Assembly (NCBI RefSeq): GCF_000009705.1
Contig: NC_003272.1
Coordinates: 5,760,001-5,792,000, forward strand
Source of the DNA: Nostoc sp. PCC 7120 = FACHB-418
GTDB lineage: Bacteria > Cyanobacteriota > Cyanobacteriia > Cyanobacteriales > Nostocaceae
Reading direction: 5' to 3'
DNA length: 32,000 nt
Shown one piece after another: positions 26,820-32,000 of this stretch. The notes beneath the pieces were generated by a model. It was not told the origin of the DNA and did not search any database. It was given only the letters and a program-made list of their open reading frames with translations. The position numbers and the translations under genes are program-made. How positions within the stretch are numbered: position 1 is the stretch's first letter; each line of letters opens with the position of its first letter.

Positions 26820-27830
26820 TCACGGTATTGTGTTCACCGTGACTTTTAATCTATCTACTAATACCTGACCTTTTGTGATACCAGCAGCCCGCCAGTAAAG
26901 TCTTAGACCAGACAATTGAGTGAAGTATTGATAAAAAGGAGCAGTACTACTCTGCGGTAAAAACATGATCGCCTCACGAGTAAAATTACCACTTCCATTA
27001 GCATCGCGCCATAGTTCTTGTGTATTTGGCGTGACTATATAGCGAAAAGTCTGCCAATTAGTCGAGGCTAACCCAATAGCTGAACGCGACCAGCTACTAG
27101 CAGGAAAGGGGGAACCTTGACCTGGAACACCACCGCCAGCACTTTGGATAAACCCAGGTAACCACCAGTCAGGAATATTATCATTATTTGCATCAAATTT
27201 TTCGTACTCTCCCGATGCAGACATTCCCCCACCGTATTGGAGCATAGCGAAAGAAGCCGCATTATTTCCAGAGCGAATACGGGCATGGTAGGCTGGTTGC
27301 GCCCATACGTTAGGTGTACTGAAGTCATGGTATTTACTGTTAGGAGTAAGATTTAGTCCACCTGTCGGATAGTTGTGATTCAGGATAACTAAAAATCGTC
27401 CCCCTTCACCAGAACTAGTATTACTCAACTGCATCCATTTAACGCGAAACTCCACGGTAACTACGCGAGTAGCATGATTAATCGGTTGAGGAAATTGCCA
27501 GTCTAAAGCAGAAAATCCTTTTAAGCCTGTAAGAGTGGTGTAATTGCTACTTAAGCCATTAATCAAGGTATTAGCAGCGCTATGGGTTGTACCATCAGCA
27601 ATACCCACAGCTTTATTACCACCGCCAATATCAAAAATTTGAAAAGCAGAAGTACCAACTGGATGACCACCCCAAGTGATGCTTTTACTTAAGTCTTTCC
27701 AATTTCTTAGATGACTGAAGTTCTCATTAATTAGGGTAGTCGTAGATGCTATTACTGGTTTGGCTCCAATAATTGATACCAGGGTAGTTAATCCAGCCAA
27801 ACATCTGAAAACAATTCTCGGTAGTTGCAT
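26820..27830 (-). CDS. Hypothetical secreted protein (signal peptide, Gly/Asn/Ser/Thr-rich, probably beta-rich)
   Basis: 336 aa. Has an N-terminal signal-like segment, MQLPRIVFRCLAGLTTLVSIIGAKPVIAS. I recognise no catalytic motif. Confidence 0.6.
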   Translation of the reverse strand: MQLPRIVFRCLAGLTTLVSIIGAKPVIASTTTLINENFSHLRNWKDLSKSITWGGHPVGTSAFQIFDIGGGNKAVGIADGTTHSAANTLINGLSSNYTTLTGLKGFSALDWQFPQPINHATRVVTVEFRVKWMQLSNTSSGEGGRFLVILNHNYPTGGLNLTPNSKYHDFSTPNVWAQPAYHARIRSGNNAASFAMLQYGGGMSASGEYEKFDANNDNIPDWWLPGFIQSAGGGVPGQGSPFPASSWSRSAIGLASTNWQTFRYIVTPNTQELWRDANGSGNFTREAIMFLPQSSTAPFYQYFTQLSGLRLYWRAAGITKGQVLVDRLKVTVNTIP

Positions 27831-27977
27831 AAAATCGCTCTTATTTCAGCGCCACAAGTGTAAGCGTCAGAAGTTGGAGCGTCTATAGTAATCATATTGA
27901 ACTTGATGAATCAATTCAATATGAAGCTAGCAAGAAAATACTACCTTATCTCTAGAATAATTACTGAGAAAAACCAC

Positions 27978-28232
27978 TTAAGAGCGATTTTGCCTGATGA
28001 TCAAACCGCCAGCAAACGCACCTAAGATTGTACCTGTCCAAACTCCAGCTGTACTACCTTGCCAAGCTGCTCCTGGAGTTATCCAAACGTTACATAATTC
28101 TTTTATGCCCCAATGTTGATTTTGACACCTCTGACTATGCAACATTAAGGTGATTTGACTGCCAATATTCCCGCCGAAAAATCCTGATGATAGTGCTAGA
28201 ACAGTACAGATTAAGATTTTATTTTTGACCAT
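27978..28232 (-). CDS. Small membrane protein with glycine-zipper-like segments
   Basis: 84 aa. Has two hydrophobic, Gly-rich stretches (ILICTVLALSSGFFGGNIG and GVWTGTILGAFAGGLII). Confidence 0.5.
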   Translation of the reverse strand: MVKNKILICTVLALSSGFFGGNIGSQITLMLHSQRCQNQHWGIKELCNVWITPGAAWQGSTAGVWTGTILGAFAGGLIIRQNRS

Positions 28233-28240
28233 TTGTTCGG

Positions 28241-28295
28241 TTGTCAGTTGTCAGTTGTATGTGTTTTACCACTGACCACTAACTACTGACAACTC
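28241..28295. repeat. Two opposed STRR-type heptamer arrays (TTGTCAG, about 2.5 copies; then ACCACTG ACCACTA ACTACTG ACAACTC) that can fold into a hairpin downstream of ppc
   Basis: ttgtcagttgtcagttgt ... accactgaccactaactactgacaactc. gttgtcagt is complementary to actgacaac. Same heptamer family as 13011..13038. Confidence 0.8.
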
Positions 28296-28300
28296 ACAAA

Positions 28301-31300
28301 TCAACCTGTATTTCTCATCCCTGCGGCAATACCATTAATGGTTAACAGTGCGCCGCGCAATAATTCTCCCTTACTGTAACGAGAGTGAATGACACCAGAG
28401 GTTGCAGTATTATTTTTGGACTGGCGTAGGCGCTTGAGGAGGGAAACTTGGATAAACCCTAGTGGGACGATTGTACCATTGCGTAACTGTACAGAACGCT
28501 GGAGTACAGGATCACCATCTAAAAGCCGACCGTGGTCGGTGATTTTTAAGACTAAATCTCTGGTGAGATAATATTCGTTGGCGATTTGCTCAAATACTTT
28601 CTCAAACCGGGGTTTGTCTTCAGGGTCAGACAATTCTTGTACGTAGTGACCAGCCATTTGCATATCTACTTTCGCCAAGGTCATTTCTACTTTAGAAATC
28701 ACCATCTTGAAGAAAGGCCACTTGACATAAAAGTAGCGCATCAATTTGAGATGTTCTTCTGGTTCTTCGTTGAAAAATTCTTGTAAAGCTGTACCGACAC
28801 CGTACCAAGAAGGTAGTAAGAATCGTGTTTGTGTCCAGCTAAATACCCAAGGAATGGCGCGGAGACTGCTTAAATCTTTCTTACCAGAAGGACGACGGGC
28901 GGGACGAGAACTAATTTGTAGTTGACTGATTTCTTCAATGGGTGTGACTTGGTGGAAAAAGTCAATGAAATCAGGCTGTTCGTAAATTAAACCACGATAA
29001 TGTTGCCGCGATCGCGCTGCTAATTCTTCCATAATTTCGTTCCAAGGTTCGATATCATCAAACCCAGTTCGCAGGAGGCTGGCTTGAATCACCGCCGTGG
29101 TGATGGTTTCCAAGTTGTACAGGGCTAAATCTAGCAAGGAGTACTTGGAGGCTAATACTTCCCCTTGTTCGGTAATTTTAATCCGCCCGTTGATGCTGTG
29201 TCCTGGTTGAGCCAAAATCGCCTCGTGGGCTGGGCCGCCGCCTCGTCCTACAGAACCGCCGCGCCCGTGGAAAATCCGCAAATTTACGCCATATTCTTCG
29301 GCGATTTGCTGTAATGATTTTTGGGCTTTATGAATTTCCCAATTGCTACTCAAGAAGCCGGAGTCTTTGTTGCTGTCGGAATATCCCAGCATGACTTCTT
29401 GTAAGTCGGGGGTGAGTACGGACTGGGGACTGGGGGCTGGGGATTGGGGTGTTAGCTCAGTATTCGGTACTTTTACTTCGGTATTTTTGTAACCACCAGC
29501 TAGCAAAGCGCGGTATAGAGGTAATTCAAATAACTGTCGCATGACGCTGCGAGAACGTTGTAAATCTTCGACAGTCTCAAATAATGGTACAACCTGAATT
29601 GTACCGACGGCGATCGCTGGGTCAAAAAGTCTGGCTTCTTTGGCTAGAAGCAAAACTTCTAAGACATCGCTGACTTGACGACACATACTAATGATGTAAG
29701 TTTGGCAGATATTAATGCCAAATTCTTGTTGGAGCGATCGCACTACGCGGAAAGTTTTAATGACATCATTAGTTTTGTCAGAGAATGGTAGTTCTGACGA
29801 AATTAATGGGCGACGGGTTTGCAGTTCGGTTGTTAGCCAAGCAACTCGCTGTTCTTCGGAGAGGTCGTTGTATGGCTGGGGTAATAATTGGAGATAGTCG
29901 AGAATCTCGTTTAACGCGTCCGAATGTCTGGTGGATTCTTGACGGATGTCTAATTTTGTCAGGTTAAAGTCAAAAATTTCCACTTGACAGATCAAATTAT
30001 CCAATTCTCGGCAGCTTAAACCTGTTTCCGTCAAGTTATGCTGAATTAATCGCAGTTCCGCCAAAAATTCCGACCCCGAACGATACATGGGGCTATCTTC
30101 ATTTGTGGGGGTTTCACCTTTATATAAAGCTAAATTGCGATCGCGGGTATTTTCCAGGCGCTTGAGGACGTAAGCTAGTTTGAGACGATAGGGTTCTTGG
30201 CGATATCTCAGCGCCAGAGCATCGTATACTTCACTTAACTGGGACTGATCTAACTCCAAGGATTCCAATAAGTCTGGTAAAACGTCACTCCAGTGCATGG
30301 AGATACTTAATAATTCAATCAATTGGGTGACAGACTTGATATATCTTTCCAGCACCATTTTGCGCTGATAACAAGCTGTCTGCCAGGTAATTTCCGGTGT
30401 TACCGATGGATTACCATCTCTGTCTGAACCTACCCAAGAACCAAAGGAACAGAAATCTTTGCTTGGTGGTTCTAACCAGGAGAAAGTTTGATTTAGGGCG
30501 TATTTGAAACGCTTATACAGTTGGGGAATCCCATCAAATAAAACTTCTTGGAAGTAATGCAAAGCATAATCCACTTCATCCAGCACAGTGGGCTTAAACT
30601 GGTGGAGTTCGTCTGTACGCCACCACAAGCGAATTTCTTCTAGCAATTTTTCCCGAATTTCCCCCGCTTCCCAAGGATAGCCGCCGCCGTCCTTAGCTCG
30701 ATTTTCCACCTCATCGAGTTGTTGCAACAAATCTACTACTTGCCGTTGTTTGTCCCGAATGGTGTGGCGGACAATTTCCGTTGGGTGGGCAGTGAATACC
30801 AAACGGACATCTAGTTGGGAAATCAGGCGTTGAATTTGTTGGGGTGGGACATTCAATTTAGACAATAAGGGAAATAACGCTGCAAAAGTACCTTTTTGTT
30901 TCCCTTGTCCACGATTAGTCCAATTTTTTCCTAAGAAATCAGTCCCTAAACCCCGGTTGAAAATAACATCATCTTCGTTGTGGTTAGAGGATGAGGTAAT
31001 GTTTTCGGAACCATTTAGGGGTGCTGTTTCCGCTTCTAAGTCAGAATAGCGAGTTAATTGCTGCCTTTGCTCATATTCCTGCTCTATGATGTTGATCAGC
31101 TGAAAATACAAAGCAAAAGCCCTAGCTGCCCGAATGGCTTCATTAATATTCAACTGTTCAATTAACTTGACAGCAGAAACTGCTTGGTCTTTTGTGGCTT
31201 GCCCTTCTGGTGAACACAAATCACGCAACTGCCGTAACAAATCCACCATATTTTGGCCGCATTCTTGCCGCAGTACCGACTCCCACAGTTCTTCTACTAT

Positions 31301-31381
31301 TTGGAGACGATGACGCAAGAATAATTCCGATGCTGGATATAAATTAGCAGATTCAGATAAAGAGTATAAAACAGAACCCAT
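28301..31381 (-). CDS. ppc: Phosphoenolpyruvate carboxylase
   Basis: 1026 aa. Has [32 protein letters not shown] and the C-terminal [10 protein letters not shown] signature. Confidence 0.98.
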   Translation of the reverse strand: MGSVLYSLSESANLYPASELFLRHRLQIVEELWESVLRQECGQNMVDLLRQLRDLCSPEGQATKDQAVSAVKLIEQLNINEAIRAARAFALYFQLINIIEQEYEQRQQLTRYSDLEAETAPLNGSENITSSSNHNEDDVIFNRGLGTDFLGKNWTNRGQGKQKGTFAALFPLLSKLNVPPQQIQRLISQLDVRLVFTAHPTEIVRHTIRDKQRQVVDLLQQLDEVENRAKDGGGYPWEAGEIREKLLEEIRLWWRTDELHQFKPTVLDEVDYALHYFQEVLFDGIPQLYKRFKYALNQTFSWLEPPSKDFCSFGSWVGSDRDGNPSVTPEITWQTACYQRKMVLERYIKSVTQLIELLSISMHWSDVLPDLLESLELDQSQLSEVYDALALRYRQEPYRLKLAYVLKRLENTRDRNLALYKGETPTNEDSPMYRSGSEFLAELRLIQHNLTETGLSCRELDNLICQVEIFDFNLTKLDIRQESTRHSDALNEILDYLQLLPQPYNDLSEEQRVAWLTTELQTRRPLISSELPFSDKTNDVIKTFRVVRSLQQEFGINICQTYIISMCRQVSDVLEVLLLAKEARLFDPAIAVGTIQVVPLFETVEDLQRSRSVMRQLFELPLYRALLAGGYKNTEVKVPNTELTPQSPAPSPQSVLTPDLQEVMLGYSDSNKDSGFLSSNWEIHKAQKSLQQIAEEYGVNLRIFHGRGGSVGRGGGPAHEAILAQPGHSINGRIKITEQGEVLASKYSLLDLALYNLETITTAVIQASLLRTGFDDIEPWNEIMEELAARSRQHYRGLIYEQPDFIDFFHQVTPIEEISQLQISSRPARRPSGKKDLSSLRAIPWVFSWTQTRFLLPSWYGVGTALQEFFNEEPEEHLKLMRYFYVKWPFFKMVISKVEMTLAKVDMQMAGHYVQELSDPEDKPRFEKVFEQIANEYYLTRDLVLKITDHGRLLDGDPVLQRSVQLRNGTIVPLGFIQVSLLKRLRQSKNNTATSGVIHSRYSKGELLRGALLTINGIAAGMRNTG
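29422..29449. repeat. Four tandem CCCCAGT-type heptamers inside the ppc coding sequence
   Basis: The plus strand reads actgggg actgggg gctgggg attgggg. On the coding strand this is ccccaat ccccagc ccccagt ccccagt, which encodes the [10 protein letters not shown] stretch. Confidence 0.85.
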
Positions 31382-31486
31382 ACTTGCTTCTCTTGTAAAG
31401 CCAATTACTGTTTAACAGATTGATTTTTGGTAACTTATGCTCTTATCTACTTATGTGAGCATATTTTTGAAGTATATTTTTAAACT

Positions 31487-31720
31487 TTAATTGGTTGATT
31501 CATCGTCATCAGGGAAGGGTAAAATAGGCAGGCGATCGCCGCGAAATAATTCTTCACTGGCTTGGCCTAAGGATTCCAGGGCTTTTACGGTGACTTGTCC
31601 AGTGGTCAGCAGCAGTAGTATAGACGCTGTACCTATTTCTAAGAGGAGAGATTGGGGAATGCTAAACAAAACCAAATTTAATCCGGGGGTTGGTGTGGAC
31701 TGTTGGGTAATAGGAGGCAT
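31487..31720 (-). CDS. Hypothetical small protein with one hydrophobic segment and an acidic C-terminus
   Basis: 77 aa with an ATG start. I prefer it over the overlapping plus-strand ORF 31491..31733, whose product is Ser/Arg/Gly-rich and looks like a shadow ORF. Confidence 0.45.
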   Translation of the reverse strand: MPPITQQSTPTPGLNLVLFSIPQSLLLEIGTASILLLLTTGQVTVKALESLGQASEELFRGDRLPILPFPDDDESTN

Positions 31721-31936
31721 TGCTTGTCCTTAATGATTAGCCAGCGAGTAGAATAAAACGCAAAACTCAAAATCTGTATGACTTGTAACTGTATAAGACT
31801 ATCTTGTCCTATTTAGCAAGCCGAGATGGTAACGAAATTGTTAACAGAAAACTTCAAAATGTGATAGACCTATGGTTTTAGTTTACAAGTGCAGGCACTA
31901 CCCCCCAACATTCGCTTCTTGTAAAGTTAACTGCCC

Positions 31937-32000
31937 ATGAAAACAGTCCTACTAGATAGCCAGCAATCCTTATTGCAATGGGTCAGCCAAGCAACGGGGA
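31937..32000 (+). CDS. Start of an unidentified ORF that runs off the right edge
   Basis: ATG at 31937, then MKTVLLDSQQSLLQWVSQATG with no stop before the window ends. Only 21 codons are visible. Confidence 0.3.
   Translation, partial: MKTVLLDSQQSLLQWVSQATG

Noticed and set aside
31395-31408. GTA-N8-TAC (tGTAaagccaatTACt), an NtcA-like binding consensus, 14 to 27 nt upstream of the ppc start codon.
   Set aside because: The 6 specified bases are expected by chance several times in 32 kb of AT-rich DNA. The site is too close to the start codon to leave room for a -10 box and TSS in the usual activating geometry. It cannot be supported without TSS or binding data.
31491-31733. 80-aa plus-strand ORF opposite the 77-aa minus-strand ORF upstream of ppc.
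   Set aside because: Its product is Ser/Arg/Gly/Cys-rich and looks like a frame shadow. The minus-strand reading has an ATG start and a plausible hydrophobic segment. Confidence is low either way.

Overview
The window looks like a chromosomal segment from a filamentous, heterocyst-forming cyanobacterium of the Nostoc/Anabaena type. Three things support this. The HIP1 octamer GCGATCGC occurs about 29 times by my eye count. Tandem heptamer arrays of the STRR type, including CCCCAGT, fill several intergenic gaps. GTAGGGTG...CACCCTAC hairpin repeats are dispersed through the window. Most of the window is conserved housekeeping coding sequence: leuA, recQ, pheS, surE, ribF, secA, an aspartate aminotransferase and ppc. 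Other conserved genes are a rhomboid protease, a CHASE2 Ser/Thr kinase, a MoxR ATPase, an MBL-fold hydrolase, a diheme cytochrome c, an NYN/LabA-like protein and a MEKHLA protein. Small accessory insertions sit between them: three Uma2 (DUF820) endonuclease paralogs, one AT-rich orphan gene, a higBA toxin-antitoxin pair, a GT2-TPR glycosyltransferase and a secreted orphan protein. By eye I found no rRNA, tRNA, CRISPR array, transposase, integrase or reverse transcriptase. I could not identify a convincing multi-gene novel system, and I say so plainly. The points most worth a second look are these. (1) A DapF-family paralog has both catalytic cysteines replaced by serine. (2) The higB toxin is broken by a 1-nt frameshift next to an intact higA. 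(3) A CCCCAGT heptamer array lies in frame inside ppc. (4) A 24-nt dispersed repeat is inserted in frame into a Uma2 gene. (5) A Uma2 gene and an AT-rich orphan gene may form a two-gene cassette. (6) Several intergenic regions carry strong inverted-repeat architectures. All homology calls come from motif recognition by eye, not from database searches.
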